In this document: positions 1 through 10,317 of the stretch, piece after piece
How the letters are laid out: every line of letters begins with the position of its first letter
Numbering within the stretch: position 1 is the stretch's first letter
Assembly: GCA_026981975.1 (NCBI GenBank)
Contig: JALSHV010000012.1
Location: 6,703-70,702, forward strand
Length of the DNA: 64,000 nt
Reading direction: 5' to 3'
Source: Aquificaceae bacterium
Lineage (GTDB): Bacteria > Aquificota > Aquificia > Aquificales > Aquificaceae
The notes under the pieces: generated by a model
Database searches by the model: none
Seen by the model: the letters and a program-made list of their open reading frames with translations, nothing else
What the model was told of the DNA's origin: nothing
Position numbers and translations under genes: made by a program

Positions 1-249
1 TCTCCCACCATACCAAGAAGCTATACCTCTTTCAACTTTACACTTTTTAAGAACCTTCAGAGAAGGAGCTACTTCCACGTATTCTTCCTGAAGCGTTTCC
101 TTAACCATTTCCTTGAATTCTCTTATTTCCTTCAGAGTTTTAATCTTTTCTATGTTTAAGTTTAAAGGTATATTCTCATTGGAGAAGGAGTAGGCTATCC
201 ACAGTAAGAGCGGAAGCACCAACCCCATACTGATCAATAAGTATATCAC
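1..249 (-). CDS. hypothetical membrane-anchored protein, C-terminal part cut by window edge
   Basis: Not in the ORF track. My own reverse translation from GTG (247-249) stays open to position 1: VIYLLISMGLVLPLLLWIAYSFSNENIPLNLNIEKIKTLKEIREFKEMVKETLQEEY... It has one N-terminal hydrophobic helix followed by a charged segment. It lies 18 nt downstream of the GspE/PilB-like ATPase on the same strand. A PilN/PilO-type pilus assembly role is possible but unproven. Confidence 0.35.
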   Translation of the reverse strand, partial: MIYLLISMGLVLPLLLWIAYSFSNENIPLNLNIEKIKTLKEIREFKEMVKETLQEEYVEVAPSLKVLKKCKVERGIASWYGGR

Positions 250-267
250 TTTTAAATTGGAAGTTAA

Positions 268-1677
268 CTACGCTTTAACAGCACTTATGAGTTCACTTGA
301 TGTGGTGATTCCCCTTTTTAACTTCTCAATACCGTCCTCAAGCATAGTTTTGTATCCTTTTCTAAGGGCAAGTTTTCTTATTTCATTAGAATCTTGGGTC
401 CTTGTTATAAGAGACTTTAATTCTTCATCAAGTTCCAATACTTCAAATATTCCTATTCTTCCTTTATATCCAGTCCCTAAGCACGAATCACAACCTTTCC
501 CTTTGTAAAATTTAGCATTGAACTCTTTAATCCCTAACTCCCTTAACTCTTCTTCTGAAGGAGTGTAAGCCTCCTTACACTCTTTACATATTCTCCTTAC
601 AAGTCTTTGAGCTACTACCCCCTCTAAGGAACTTGCTATAAGAAAAGGTTCTATTCCCATATCTGCTAACCTTGTTATAGCGGAGGGAGCATCATTTGTG
701 TGTAAAGTGGACAAAACCAAATGTCCTGTAAGAGCCGCGTGGACAGCTATATCTGCAGTTTCCGCATCTCTGATTTCACCGACCATTATTATATCGGGAT
801 CCTGTCTTAGCACAGATCTTAGACCTGTTGCAAAAGTTAATCCTACTTTCGGGTTTATCTGTATCTGACTTATCCCTTTTATTTGATACTCTACCGGATC
901 TTCTATGGTGATTATGTTCTTCTTGGGATCTTTTACATGGATAAGCATAGCATACAAAGTAGTAGATTTGCCCGCTCCTGTAGGTCCCGTTACGAGAACA
1001 ATACCGTAGGGTTTTTCGGCTAAGCGTTTTATTCTTTTCTCTTCCTCTTCTAACAAACCGAGCTGTTCTAAAGTAAGGAGAGAACCGCTTTTATCAAGGA
1101 GTCTTAGCACTACCCTCTCTCCAAAAACAGTTGGAACTACGGATACTCTTATATCAAGATCCTTCTTCCCTATTCTTACTCTTATTCTCCCGTCCTGAGG
1201 GATTCTCTTCTCTGCCACGTTAAGATTTGACATAACTTTTATTCGGGAGACTACGTTTTGGTATGAAGATGAGGGAATTTTTAGTATATCGTGGAGAAGT
1301 CCGTCCATACGAAGTCTCACCACAGCTTCGTCTTCGTAAGGTTCAAAGTGAATATCAGAAGCACCCACCGCAGAAGCCTTTATCAGCACCGAGTTAACCA
1401 AGCTCACCGCAGGGCTATCATCATGAGCAAGCAGTAAATCTAAACCTTCAGATTGTTCTTCCTCTCCATCTTCTATGTGGATCTCTTCCACTGAAAGTCT
1501 TTCTTGTAATTCTTTTGTAAACTCTTCATCTGAAACTATCACTAGTTCTACATCCTTACCTGTTATGAATCTTATTTCTTCTATATCCTCCTCTTTATAA
1601 GAAGCAGGGACTAAAAGCTTAAGGAGTCCGTCTTGTTCCTCAAGGGGTATTAGTCTGTATTCTTTTAAAATGTTCAT
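268..1677 (-). CDS. type II secretion / type IV pilus assembly ATPase (GspE/PilB family)
   Basis: 469 aa. Walker A GPTGAGKST. Asp and His boxes are IMVGEIRD and LTGHLVLSTLHTND. The C-terminal tetracysteine CKEC...CDSC is typical of GspE/PilB hexameric ATPases. Confidence 0.85.
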   Translation of the reverse strand: MNILKEYRLIPLEEQDGLLKLLVPASYKEEDIEEIRFITGKDVELVIVSDEEFTKELQERLSVEEIHIEDGEEEQSEGLDLLLAHDDSPAVSLVNSVLIKASAVGASDIHFEPYEDEAVVRLRMDGLLHDILKIPSSSYQNVVSRIKVMSNLNVAEKRIPQDGRIRVRIGKKDLDIRVSVVPTVFGERVVLRLLDKSGSLLTLEQLGLLEEEEKRIKRLAEKPYGIVLVTGPTGAGKSTTLYAMLIHVKDPKKNIITIEDPVEYQIKGISQIQINPKVGLTFATGLRSVLRQDPDIIMVGEIRDAETADIAVHAALTGHLVLSTLHTNDAPSAITRLADMGIEPFLIASSLEGVVAQRLVRRICKECKEAYTPSEEELRELGIKEFNAKFYKGKGCDSCLGTGYKGRIGIFEVLELDEELKSLITRTQDSNEIRKLALRKGYKTMLEDGIEKLKRGITTSSELISAVKA

Positions 1678-1689
1678 AATTTTAAATCT

Positions 1690-2079
1690 ATGAATAAACT
1701 ATTATTAGAGGTAGTCAAATTGAAGCATCTGACAGATTCTCAAATAAGAGAGCTTAAACTCTCACTTATTGAAATGAGAAAAAAACTTATAGAATCAGCT
1801 CACCAACAGATAAAAGATCCCTCCAACGTTACTTTTGAAGGCGGAGATGAAATAGACAGAGCGGATATGGAAGGGGAAAGGTATCTTACCTTTCGTATAA
1901 AGGGAAGAGAAGCAACGCTTATTCATAAAATAGATTACGCTCTTATGAAAATGGAATCAGGAACTTACGGAGTATGCGAAAACTGTGGAGATCCCATACC
2001 TTTTGAAAGGCTAAAAGCACGTCCTGTTACAACCATGTGTTTTGAGTGCAAAGAACTTGAAGAGGAACAGGAAAAATGA
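1690..2079 (+). CDS. dksA: DksA/TraR-family C4 zinc-finger RNA-polymerase-binding regulator
   Basis: 129 aa. CxxC-N17-CxxC finger ([26 protein letters not shown]). The coiled-coil tip motif DEIDRA (DxxDxA) matches that of E. coli DksA. Confidence 0.75.
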   Translation: MNKLLLEVVKLKHLTDSQIRELKLSLIEMRKKLIESAHQQIKDPSNVTFEGGDEIDRADMEGERYLTFRIKGREATLIHKIDYALMKMESGTYGVCENCGDPIPFERLKARPVTTMCFECKELEEEQEK

Positions 2080-3296
2080 CAACAACTGATATGGATTGGG
2101 CTTTTCCCAGAATAAAGAGATTACCACCATACGTTTTTGCAGTTGTCAATGAACTTAAATACAGATTAAGAAGACAAGGAGAAGATATCATAGATCTGGG
2201 AATGGGAAATCCCACTACACCACCCGCTTCTCATATAATAGATAAACTCTGTGAAGTTGCTAAAAGACCTCACGTTCACGGCTATTCCGCATCTAAGGGC
2301 ATACCGAGACTTAGAAAAGCTATATGCGATTTCTACGAAAGACGCTTTGGCGTAAAGCTTGATCCTGAAACAGAAGCAATAATGACCATAGGTGCTAAAG
2401 AGGGCTACTCACACCTTATTTTGGCAATGATTTCACCAGGAGATTCTGTAATAGTTCCAAATCCTACCTATCCAATTCACTACTACGCACCCATAATAGC
2501 AGGGGGAGAAGTCAGAACAATTCCTCTTATTTTTAACGGAGTTGAAGATCACCAAGAGGAATTCCTCAGAAAATTTCGCCAGATAGTAAAGGAGTCCATG
2601 CCTCCTCCAAAAGCAATAGTTATAAGCTTCCCCCACAATCCTACTACAATATGCGTTGGAAGGGAATTTTTCAAGGAACTTGTAAACTTCTGTAGAGAAA
2701 AAGGTATATGGATAATACACGATTTTGCCTATGCGGATATAGCCTTTGATGGTTACAAGCCTCCTTCCATTCTTGAAGTGGAAGGTGCTAAGAATATTGC
2801 TGTGGAACTGTATTCCATGTCAAAAGGATTTTCTATGGCGGGCTGGCGTATAGCATTTGCCGTTGGTAATGAGAAAATAATAAAAAATCTTGCTCATCTC
2901 AAAAGCTACTTAGACTACGGAGTTTTCACACCAATTCAGGTGGCTTCTGTAATAGCCTTAGACAGCCCTTACGAAATTGTTGAAAAAAACGCACAAATAT
3001 ACGAGAGAAGAAGGAACACCCTTGTGGAAGGTTTAAAAAGTCTTGGTTGGAATATTGAAAAACCCAAAGCCACCATGTTTGTCTGGGCTAAGATTCCAGA
3101 TTGGATAGGAATGAACTCCCTTGATTTTGCTATGTTTCTTCTAAAAGAAGCGAAAGTTGCTGTTTCTCCAGGCATAGGATTTGGTGAATACGGTGAAGGC
3201 TATGTAAGATTTGCTTTAGTGGAAAACGAACTCAGGATAAAGCAAGCTATCAGAGGTATTCGTAGAGCCTTGAGAAAACTCAAAACAACTGTATGA
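2076..3296 (+). CDS. alaC: class I/II PLP aminotransferase, AlaC (glutamate-pyruvate aminotransferase)-like
   Basis: 406 aa. The N-terminus [37 protein letters not shown] closely parallels E. coli AlaC/YfdZ as I recall it. The PLP lysine context is [12 protein letters not shown]. Substrate specificity is inferred only. Confidence 0.75.
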   Translation: MTTTDMDWAFPRIKRLPPYVFAVVNELKYRLRRQGEDIIDLGMGNPTTPPASHIIDKLCEVAKRPHVHGYSASKGIPRLRKAICDFYERRFGVKLDPETEAIMTIGAKEGYSHLILAMISPGDSVIVPNPTYPIHYYAPIIAGGEVRTIPLIFNGVEDHQEEFLRKFRQIVKESMPPPKAIVISFPHNPTTICVGREFFKELVNFCREKGIWIIHDFAYADIAFDGYKPPSILEVEGAKNIAVELYSMSKGFSMAGWRIAFAVGNEKIIKNLAHLKSYLDYGVFTPIQVASVIALDSPYEIVEKNAQIYERRRNTLVEGLKSLGWNIEKPKATMFVWAKIPDWIGMNSLDFAMFLLKEAKVAVSPGIGFGEYGEGYVRFALVENELRIKQAIRGIRRALRKLKTTV

Positions 3297-4054
3297 ACAG
3301 AACTCTTTACTTCGGAGAAGGACTTTTTGAAACCATTAGGTGGAAAGGAGAAAACCGTAAATTACTTCTACATTACCGCAGATTATCTTCCTCCGCAGAG
3401 TTTTTCGGTATTCCTTGTCCTTCCTACGAAGAGTTCATAAATTCCTTAAAGACCGCCGTAGGCGGTAAAAAAAATATTTACGTAAAGTTTTGCTTGTTCT
3501 ACTGCGGTTCAAGTATTTTTTGGGAAAAACCTGAAAATTACAGGATAGAAGTAGTGGTAAGAGATCTGCCTTCACCTCCCAAAAGGGTAAATCTTTCATT
3601 CTCTCCCTTTAAAAGACACTCCTCAGATCCAATACCGAAACATAAGACAATGAATTATCTGTTTAACATATCTGTAAAAAGGGAAGCTTTGAAAAAAGGG
3701 TATTACGATGCAATAATACTGAACGAAAAAGAAGAGATAACCGAGTGTTCAGCTTCAAATCTTATACTCCTGATAGGAGATAAACTCTACACACCGTCAA
3801 GAGAAAGCGGACTTTTAAGAGGAACAACCCTTGAAGCTATTAGCAATTCTTCAGATATAGAAGAGAAAAGACTAAGAGTAGAAGATCTTGAAAAAGCTTC
3901 AGCGGTGTTTCTGGTTAATTCCCTAATAGGAGTCATTAGCGTCGCAGAGATAGAAGGTAGTAAAAAAGTAGAGGATCGGGAAGTTTTAAAACATCTCAGA
4001 AAAGCTCTTGAAAAATGGGAAAAGCCGACATCTACTGATAAACAAGAGTTATAA
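3293..4054 (+). CDS. class IV aminotransferase-fold protein, aminodeoxychorismate lyase (PabC)-like
   Basis: 253 aa. The lysine motif HKTMNYL resembles the PabC KHLNRL motif. The C-terminal block is [31 protein letters not shown]. Its ATGA start overlaps the upstream stop. Confidence 0.6.
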   Translation: MNRTLYFGEGLFETIRWKGENRKLLLHYRRLSSSAEFFGIPCPSYEEFINSLKTAVGGKKNIYVKFCLFYCGSSIFWEKPENYRIEVVVRDLPSPPKRVNLSFSPFKRHSSDPIPKHKTMNYLFNISVKREALKKGYYDAIILNEKEEITECSASNLILLIGDKLYTPSRESGLLRGTTLEAISNSSDIEEKRLRVEDLEKASAVFLVNSLIGVISVAEIEGSKKVEDREVLKHLRKALEKWEKPTSTDKQEL

Positions 4055-4066
4055 TTCTTAATCTCA

Positions 4067-5767
4067 ATGGAGAAGACCAGAAAGGAAAAACTCCGTAAAC
4101 TCAAAGAACTTGGAATCAATCCTTATCCTTATAGGTTTAAAATTTCCGATTCCATAGGCAGTATAAGAAAACTTTATGAAAGGGAGATACCTCCTTACAA
4201 AGTAAGGATAATAGGAAAAATCAAGAGAATTTCAAAAACAGAAAAAGGGTATATGATCAGAATTCTTGGAGAAGACGGAGTAGAAATGCCTGTTTATACA
4301 ACAGAAGTAAAAGTAAAAGAAGGAGAAATTCAAACCTTTGAAGGCATTCTTTCCCGTATTGAAGGAAAAATAAGTCTCACAGAGGCAATACCTTGTAAAG
4401 AAAAAGGAGAAACACCCGCAAAAGTAAAAGAAAAATACGATATAGATCCACAAAACACAGAAGTATCCCTAGGAGGAAGGTTGATTTCTCTCAGAACTAT
4501 GGGAAGAGCTATATTTGGACACATTCAAGACTTAACAGGCAAAATACAAATTTACTTAAGAGAAAATACCATCGGAAAAGATAAATTTCACTTTTTTAAT
4601 GAATACGTTGATACAGGAGACATTCTGGGAATTAAAGGGAAACTCTTCCGAACCAAAACAGGGGAACTTACAGTAGAGATAAAAGAATTTGAACTCTTAG
4701 CAAAATGTCTCAACCCGCCTCCAGAAAAATGGCACGGTTTAAAAGATCCAGAAGTCCGTTACAAACAAAGGTATTTAGATCTAATAGCCAATACAGAGAG
4801 CAGAAGAGTATTCCTTCTCAGAAGTCAACTAATAAGCGCTATACGTAGATTTATGGAAAGTAGAGGTTTTGTGGAAGTTGAAACACCAATTCTACAAACA
4901 ATTGCAAGCGGAGCAACCGCTAAGCCTTTTGTAACCCGTCACAATTACTTGGACAGAGATCTCTACCTACGTATAGCTCCTGAGTTGTATTTGAAAAGGC
5001 TCATAGTAGGAGGTTTTCCCAGAGTTTACGAGATAGGAAAGAATTTTAGAAATGAAGGAATAGACCGCACCCACAATCCTGAATTTACAATGATTGAGTT
5101 CTACGTCGCTTACTGGGATTACAAAGATCTTATGGATTTCACGGAAGAACTTTTAGAATACGTTTTTAAGGAAACTCTCGGCACTTTGAAAGTTAAAGTT
5201 GGTAATTCACTCATTGACTTCACCCCTCCGTATAGGAAAGTCTCTTATTTTGATCTTTTAAAGGAAAAAACAGGAAAAGACAAAGATTTTTTCCTTAAGG
5301 ATTTAGAAGGTATCAGAGAATTGGCACGTGATCTTGAAATTTCACACTGGGACAGACTAAGCCATAGAAAACTCATAGATAAAGTTTTTGAAAAAACAGT
5401 TGAAAAGGAGTTAATACAACCCACCTTTGTTGTTGACTTCCCCCGAATTCTCTCACCACTTGCAAAAACTCACAGAGAAGATTCAGATTTAGTTGAACGG
5501 TTTGAACTCATAGTCAACGGTTGGGAAATAGCAAATGCCTATACAGAACTTAACGATCCTCAAGAACAAAGAGAAAGATTTCTAGAACAGATAAAGGAAA
5601 AAGAAAGTGGAGATGAAGAAGCTATGGCTATGGACGAAGATTTTATAACAGCCTTAGAGTATGGAATGCCTCCCACGGCGGGAGAAGGTATAGGAATAGA
5701 CAGGCTTGTAATGCTTATAGCTGGAACGGAAAGTATAAGGGAGGTTATCCTTTTCCCTCATATATAA
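4067..5767 (+). CDS. lysS: lysine--tRNA ligase, class II
   Basis: 566 aa. It has the OB anticodon-binding block GGRLISLRTMGRAIFGHIQDLTGKIQIY. Class II motifs FRNEGID and GEGIGIDRLVM are present. It carries an extra N-terminal insertion (see findings). Confidence 0.95.
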   Translation: MEKTRKEKLRKLKELGINPYPYRFKISDSIGSIRKLYEREIPPYKVRIIGKIKRISKTEKGYMIRILGEDGVEMPVYTTEVKVKEGEIQTFEGILSRIEGKISLTEAIPCKEKGETPAKVKEKYDIDPQNTEVSLGGRLISLRTMGRAIFGHIQDLTGKIQIYLRENTIGKDKFHFFNEYVDTGDILGIKGKLFRTKTGELTVEIKEFELLAKCLNPPPEKWHGLKDPEVRYKQRYLDLIANTESRRVFLLRSQLISAIRRFMESRGFVEVETPILQTIASGATAKPFVTRHNYLDRDLYLRIAPELYLKRLIVGGFPRVYEIGKNFRNEGIDRTHNPEFTMIEFYVAYWDYKDLMDFTEELLEYVFKETLGTLKVKVGNSLIDFTPPYRKVSYFDLLKEKTGKDKDFFLKDLEGIRELARDLEISHWDRLSHRKLIDKVFEKTVEKELIQPTFVVDFPRILSPLAKTHREDSDLVERFELIVNGWEIANAYTELNDPQEQRERFLEQIKEKESGDEEAMAMDEDFITALEYGMPPTAGEGIGIDRLVMLIAGTESIREVILFPHI

Positions 5768-5794
5768 GAGCAACTATCCGATATTAAACTCTGT

Positions 5795-7294
5795 ATGCTC
5801 CAAAAGAGTAAAATTGTCATACTTATAACCCTTTCTTTTATAGTAGTTATAGTAAGCGGTCTATCCAGTCAAGTGATCTCTTCCGTAGAAATACTCAAGG
5901 AGGAAGAAAAAAGACTCTGCAAAGAGAATATGCGGTGGTATCTGCATTTGATTGAATCAAAAGGGAAAGAACTTCTATCGGTAGCCACTCTTATAGCTTC
6001 GGATAGGGAGATAAAACTGTTTTTATCTCTTAAGCACTGGGAAAATCTCCACAGTAAGTTAGAGGAACTCTTTGGTCAAATTCGTAAGGAAAATATAGCT
6101 GAGGAAATATCAGTAATCAGCAACGGATACTTACAGAACAAATGGGAAATAGGTTTTTCAAAGGAGGGACCTTACATCAACGCTTGTTCCACTATTAAAG
6201 AAGGAGAGAAAATCTCAGGCATAGTTTCCCTAACCTTGGGAATGGAACAATTACTTAAGGAGTATAAAAAGATAACAGGGAAAAACTGTGGACTTGTCCT
6301 GCTTAAAGAAACTCTGTTAAGAAACCTAAGCTATGGGGATTACAAAAAACTCACTGAGCAAACAATTCCCTTAGAAGAGTATCTTCTTATAGCTTCAGAA
6401 GACACCTATGCAGAGTTTTTCCAAAAATTATCATTCCTTCCCAAGGAAGGGATTCTTAAAACACAGAAGGAAAAATTCCTTGTATGCTCCCTGCCCATTA
6501 AAGACAATAAGGGTAACGTTTTGGGTTACTTTTTCACCTACGAACCTTTCTTCTATCAATCCGTGGTCTTTGGAAGTTTAAAGTTTACTCTTATCCTATA
6601 CATACCTGTAGTGGCTTCCTTATTTATAGGTTGGCTTTTCGGTTTCGGAAAGTTAGTTGCAAAGCTTGAAAGATTCTTTTTCGTATTGAATTACTTCAAC
6701 AAGTTTGAGTTTAGCACTCTGGATAGGATTTTGCAAGACAAAGATGAAAGGGAATTGATTAAACAAATAAAGTATGCCAGAGAAGCAGGGTTTAAAAAAA
6801 CCGCTTTTGAAAAAAGCCTTACCGATCCCATAACAGGGTTATACAGCAAAGAGGCTGTGGAAAAATTCGGTATGGATATAATCAACAAACACCTAATAAT
6901 GGGAAAGAAAGTATCCTTATTACTAATAGATATAGATAATCTTAAAAGAAGAGAAAACCTAAAGGATTTCCTTATAAAGGAAACCGCTCTTATACTCAAA
7001 AATTCACTGAGAAATACAGATTTTCTTTTCAGATGGGACAATGGAGACTTCTTAGTTATTCTAGCCGGCACGGGTTTAAACGACGCTTTAAAAGTGGCAG
7101 AAAATCTTAGGAGAAAAGTTGAACTACACAGTTACAGAACCGAAAGAGGAACACTTAAGCTTACCATCAGTATAGGAGTTTCGGAAGTTAAGGAAGAAGT
7201 CCTATCCTGTGAACAACTTGTAGAAAATGTTAAAAAAGCTCTTTATATAGCAAAGAGAACAGGTAAAAATAGAGTAAACCATATTTTAAATTGA
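5795..7294 (+). CDS. membrane sensor protein with degenerate GGDEF domain
   Basis: 499 aa. The layout is N-terminal TM, a roughly 240-aa extracytoplasmic region, a second TM (FTLILYIPVVASLFIGWLFGF), then a GGDEF-fold domain. The signature reads RWDNGDF (7037-7051) instead of RxGGDEF. The metal-site DIDNFKxxND is altered to DIDNLKRREN. Confidence 0.8.
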   Translation: MLQKSKIVILITLSFIVVIVSGLSSQVISSVEILKEEEKRLCKENMRWYLHLIESKGKELLSVATLIASDREIKLFLSLKHWENLHSKLEELFGQIRKENIAEEISVISNGYLQNKWEIGFSKEGPYINACSTIKEGEKISGIVSLTLGMEQLLKEYKKITGKNCGLVLLKETLLRNLSYGDYKKLTEQTIPLEEYLLIASEDTYAEFFQKLSFLPKEGILKTQKEKFLVCSLPIKDNKGNVLGYFFTYEPFFYQSVVFGSLKFTLILYIPVVASLFIGWLFGFGKLVAKLERFFFVLNYFNKFEFSTLDRILQDKDERELIKQIKYAREAGFKKTAFEKSLTDPITGLYSKEAVEKFGMDIINKHLIMGKKVSLLLIDIDNLKRRENLKDFLIKETALILKNSLRNTDFLFRWDNGDFLVILAGTGLNDALKVAENLRRKVELHSYRTERGTLKLTISIGVSEVKEEVLSCEQLVENVKKALYIAKRTGKNRVNHILN

Positions 7295-7307
7295 TTAAAT
7301 AAAAACT

Positions 7308-8294
7308 ATGGAAGTGATTCATACACTCCCTTATAGAGAGAAAGTTATATACATTTTCACCTTTGTAGGAACAGCTCTTGCTTTGGTATTTGGTATCTCC
7401 GTTCATATAACAGAAAAGAACTTCTTAGCTGCCTTCATTGAATCTTTAATAGTCTTAATAGCATTGGCTAATTTAGCTTTTTACCATATAAAAAAAGATT
7501 ACAGCTTAGCTTCAACGGTAATCCTTGCTATTATGGTCATATCCCTGAGTTTTCTCTTAATTACAGGCGGTTATAGGGGAACGGGAATTTTCTGGATATA
7601 CACTTTCCCTCCGCTGTCTCTTTTTCTAAAGAATTACATATCCGCTATACTCTGGAATTTTCTGTTCATAAGTATCTCTCTTACACTGATCTTACTTGAT
7701 AAAGCAGGTTTTATAGAAGTCTATTACAGTTTTATCCAAGTTCGTCAAGCTCTCGGGGCTTACACAGGTGTTTTCTTTCTCTCCTCCTTTTACAGCTTTA
7801 TGGTTTACAAACTCTTTAATATGTTGAAGGAAAGAGCTGTAAGAGATCATCTTACAGGCTTATACAATAGACTTTTTGTGCTTGAATCTCTTGAGCGAAT
7901 TATAGATATGGTCAAAAGAGGAAAAGGCAGAACCTACTGTTTAGCGTATATAGATCTGGATAATTTCAAATACATAAATGACAAATTTGGACACAGTGAA
8001 GGAGATAGGGTTCTGAAAGAGATTGCAAACTTTCTCAGAAATAGCTTCAGGAAAGGGGATATTGTAGGAAGAATAGGAGGAGATGAATTTCTTGTATTGG
8101 TTTATGACTGCAAAAAAGTAAATCTGGAAAGAAGACTCTCTTACTTGAGAAAGAGAATTGAAGACTTTTTTAAAAACTACGGGGTATCTTTCAGTTACGG
8201 TATAGTAGAAATTCCTGAAGACGGTGTTGATTCGGGAACACTTCTTAAAGTAGCAGATAAAAGAATGTATAACATGAAACAGTCCTTATCTTGA
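7308..8294 (+). CDS. integral-membrane diguanylate cyclase (canonical GGDEF)
   Basis: 328 aa. The hydrophobic N-terminal half appears to contain about 5-6 TM helices. The C-terminal domain has DLDNFKYINDKFGH and GRIGGDEF (GGDEF at 8076-8090). Confidence 0.85.
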   Translation: MEVIHTLPYREKVIYIFTFVGTALALVFGISVHITEKNFLAAFIESLIVLIALANLAFYHIKKDYSLASTVILAIMVISLSFLLITGGYRGTGIFWIYTFPPLSLFLKNYISAILWNFLFISISLTLILLDKAGFIEVYYSFIQVRQALGAYTGVFFLSSFYSFMVYKLFNMLKERAVRDHLTGLYNRLFVLESLERIIDMVKRGKGRTYCLAYIDLDNFKYINDKFGHSEGDRVLKEIANFLRNSFRKGDIVGRIGGDEFLVLVYDCKKVNLERRLSYLRKRIEDFFKNYGVSFSYGIVEIPEDGVDSGTLLKVADKRMYNMKQSLS

Positions 8295-8299
8295 ATACT

Positions 8300-9607
8300 A
8301 TGAGAGTCAGTATTCTCGGTGGTGGTCTTGCAGGTTGTGAAGCTGCGTGGAGACTTGCAAAGGAAGGTTTAAAAGTCACTCTGTATGAAATGCGTCCCTT
8401 TAAAATGACACCCGCTCACCGAACAGATAAGTTAGGAGAACTTGTATGTAGTAACACCTTGGGTAGCACAGAACTGACCAGCGGAGCGGGATTGTTAAAA
8501 GCGGAAATGAATCTCCTTGGATCTCTTGTTATGGAAGCTGCTAAGCATGCAGCAGTCCCTGCAGGCTCAGCTTTGGGAGTAGATAGGGAGATATTTGCAG
8601 ATTATATAACGCACGCACTTGAACAAGAACCACTTATAGAAATAGTAAGAAAGGAAGTAGATAGAATTCCAGAAGAGGGAATTGTGATAGTAGCAACAGG
8701 TCCTTTGACTTCCGAAAAACTTGCAAAACACATAAGGGAACTTGTAGGATACGATCTCCTTTACTTTTACGACGCTGTATCACCAATTGTAGAAGCCGAT
8801 AGTGTTGATTTCTCCAAAGGATTTTGGGGATCCCGCTATGGAAAAGGAGGAGATGACTACTTTAACTGCGTCCTTACGGAAGAAGATTACAAAAAGTTTT
8901 ACGAAGAACTTTTAAGAGGACAAAAAGTTGAACTTAAGGATTTTGAAAAGGAAATCTACTTTGAAGGTTGCCTACCTGTAGAAGAACTTGCCCGTAGAGG
9001 ATTTAGAACTCTACTTTTCGGACCCATGAAGCCGGTAGGTTTAAAAGATCCAAAAACAGGTAAACAACCTTTTGCGGTATTGCAACTACGTAAGGAGAAC
9101 AGAGAAGGAACTCTTCTTTCTCTCGTGGGTTTCCAAACAAGACTTACCTACGGTGAGCAAAAGAGAATATTCAGACTTATTCCCTGTTTAAAAAATGCGA
9201 CTTTCGTTAGGTTGGGATCAATGCACAGAAACACTTTTATTCAGTCCAACAGAGTTTTAACACCCTTTCTCAATTTAAGAAAAAAAGAAAGTGTATTTTT
9301 CGCAGGTCAGATAATCGGTGTTGAAGGCTATACAGCGTCAGCTGCTACAGGAATACTGGCGGGGATAAACGCTTCCAGATTTGTTAAGGGTAAACCCTTA
9401 ACCGTTCCACCTGCTGAGACTATGCTGGGAGCTTTAATTCATTATGTAACATCAAAGGAAGGAGAACTTCAACCTATGAATCCCGTTTTTGGTCTACTTC
9501 CTCCTTTGGAAGAGAAAATCAAAGATAAAAGGAAAAGAAAAGAGCTAATGGCACTCAGAGCCTTAGATAAAATGAAAGAATGGATAGAAAATGTGTTAAA
9601 CGAGTAA
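8300..9607 (+). CDS. trmFO: methylenetetrahydrofolate--tRNA-(uracil54-C5)-methyltransferase TrmFO
   Basis: FAD fold ILGGGLAGCEAAW. TrmFO block TPAHRTDKLGELVCSNTLG. The track ORF starts at TTG 8291; ATG 8300 (MRVSILGGG) is preferred. Confidence 0.9.
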   Translation: MRVSILGGGLAGCEAAWRLAKEGLKVTLYEMRPFKMTPAHRTDKLGELVCSNTLGSTELTSGAGLLKAEMNLLGSLVMEAAKHAAVPAGSALGVDREIFADYITHALEQEPLIEIVRKEVDRIPEEGIVIVATGPLTSEKLAKHIRELVGYDLLYFYDAVSPIVEADSVDFSKGFWGSRYGKGGDDYFNCVLTEEDYKKFYEELLRGQKVELKDFEKEIYFEGCLPVEELARRGFRTLLFGPMKPVGLKDPKTGKQPFAVLQLRKENREGTLLSLVGFQTRLTYGEQKRIFRLIPCLKNATFVRLGSMHRNTFIQSNRVLTPFLNLRKKESVFFAGQIIGVEGYTASAATGILAGINASRFVKGKPLTVPPAETMLGALIHYVTSKEGELQPMNPVFGLLPPLEEKIKDKRKRKELMALRALDKMKEWIENVLNE

Positions 9608-10314
9608 TCCTTACAAGATCAGCCGAAGACATAGAAAAGGATAGAAAACTGTTTGAATCAATAGGATTTGAGGTTGTTCCTTTACCTCTCATAAAAACCG
9701 AACCTGTGGAGTTTGAAATCCCGGATATTAATTTTGATTGGATAGTCTTCCAAAGTGTTAAAGCGGTTTTGTATTTTCTCAGAAAAGCCTCTGTTCCCTG
9801 CAGTGCGAAAATCGCAGTTGTAGGAGAAAAAACCCGCAAAATTTTAGAAGAGAAAGGCTTTTCAGTTTCTCTTGTTCCGTTGGAACATTCAGCAGAAGGT
9901 ATTGTAAAAGTCTTTCCCCTTTCGGAAGGAAAGAATATACTTTTACCCAGAGCAGAAGAAGGGAGAGAGGAAGTTATATCAGGTCTTAAAGAAAAAGGAT
10001 ACAACGTGGTTCCCTTAACTGTTTACAGAACAACCTTTGTATTGTATCCCGTCCGAAAGGTTGAACAACTTGTAGAAAAAGGAGGTTTTATAGTATTTGC
10101 TAGTCCTTCCGCAGTAAAAGGATTTTTTGCAAATGTGCAAGAAGGAAAAGGAAAAAGGCTTCTCAATAAGTGCGTGGTAGTAGCTATTGGAAAAACTACA
10201 AAAGGAGAACTGGAATCCCGGAGTATATCTCCTTTACTCGTGCCCACCAAACCGTTGATGGAAGAAGTTGCGGGTAAAATTCACAGCTTTTGGCAAGAGA
10301 ATTGCACATATTAA
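9580..10314 (+). CDS. hemD: uroporphyrinogen-III synthase (HemD-like)
   Basis: 244 aa. Two-lobed HEM4 pattern: ILTRS...GFEVVPLPLIKTEP, WIVFQSVKAV, IAVVGEKT, FASPSAVKGF, VVAIGKTT. The family is weakly conserved, so confidence is moderate. Confidence 0.65.
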   Translation: MDRKCVKRVILTRSAEDIEKDRKLFESIGFEVVPLPLIKTEPVEFEIPDINFDWIVFQSVKAVLYFLRKASVPCSAKIAVVGEKTRKILEEKGFSVSLVPLEHSAEGIVKVFPLSEGKNILLPRAEEGREEVISGLKEKGYNVVPLTVYRTTFVLYPVRKVEQLVEKGGFIVFASPSAVKGFFANVQEGKGKRLLNKCVVVAIGKTTKGELESRSISPLLVPTKPLMEEVAGKIHSFWQENCTY

Positions 10315-10317
10315 AAG

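Noticed and set aside
247-270. The pilB-like TAG stop (268-270) is in the same frame as the downstream partial ORF. I considered stop-codon readthrough or a fused protein.
   Set aside because: Sharing a frame has a one-in-three chance. The ATPase ends where GspE/PilB homologs normally end, and the downstream ORF starts with its own membrane helix. Nothing in the sequence indicates recoding.
257-508. 83-aa plus-strand ORF at the 3' end of the pilB-like gene
   Set aside because: It is antisense to a well-supported ATPase gene and has no RBS or motif.
9555-10004. 149-aa ORF antisense to hemD and the end of trmFO. Similar long antisense ORFs occur at 30099-30515, 6691-7071, 10234-10569 and 3787-4119.
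   Set aside because: All lie fully inside better-supported genes on the other strand and have Ser/Leu/Phe-rich, motif-free translations. I treat them as non-coding.
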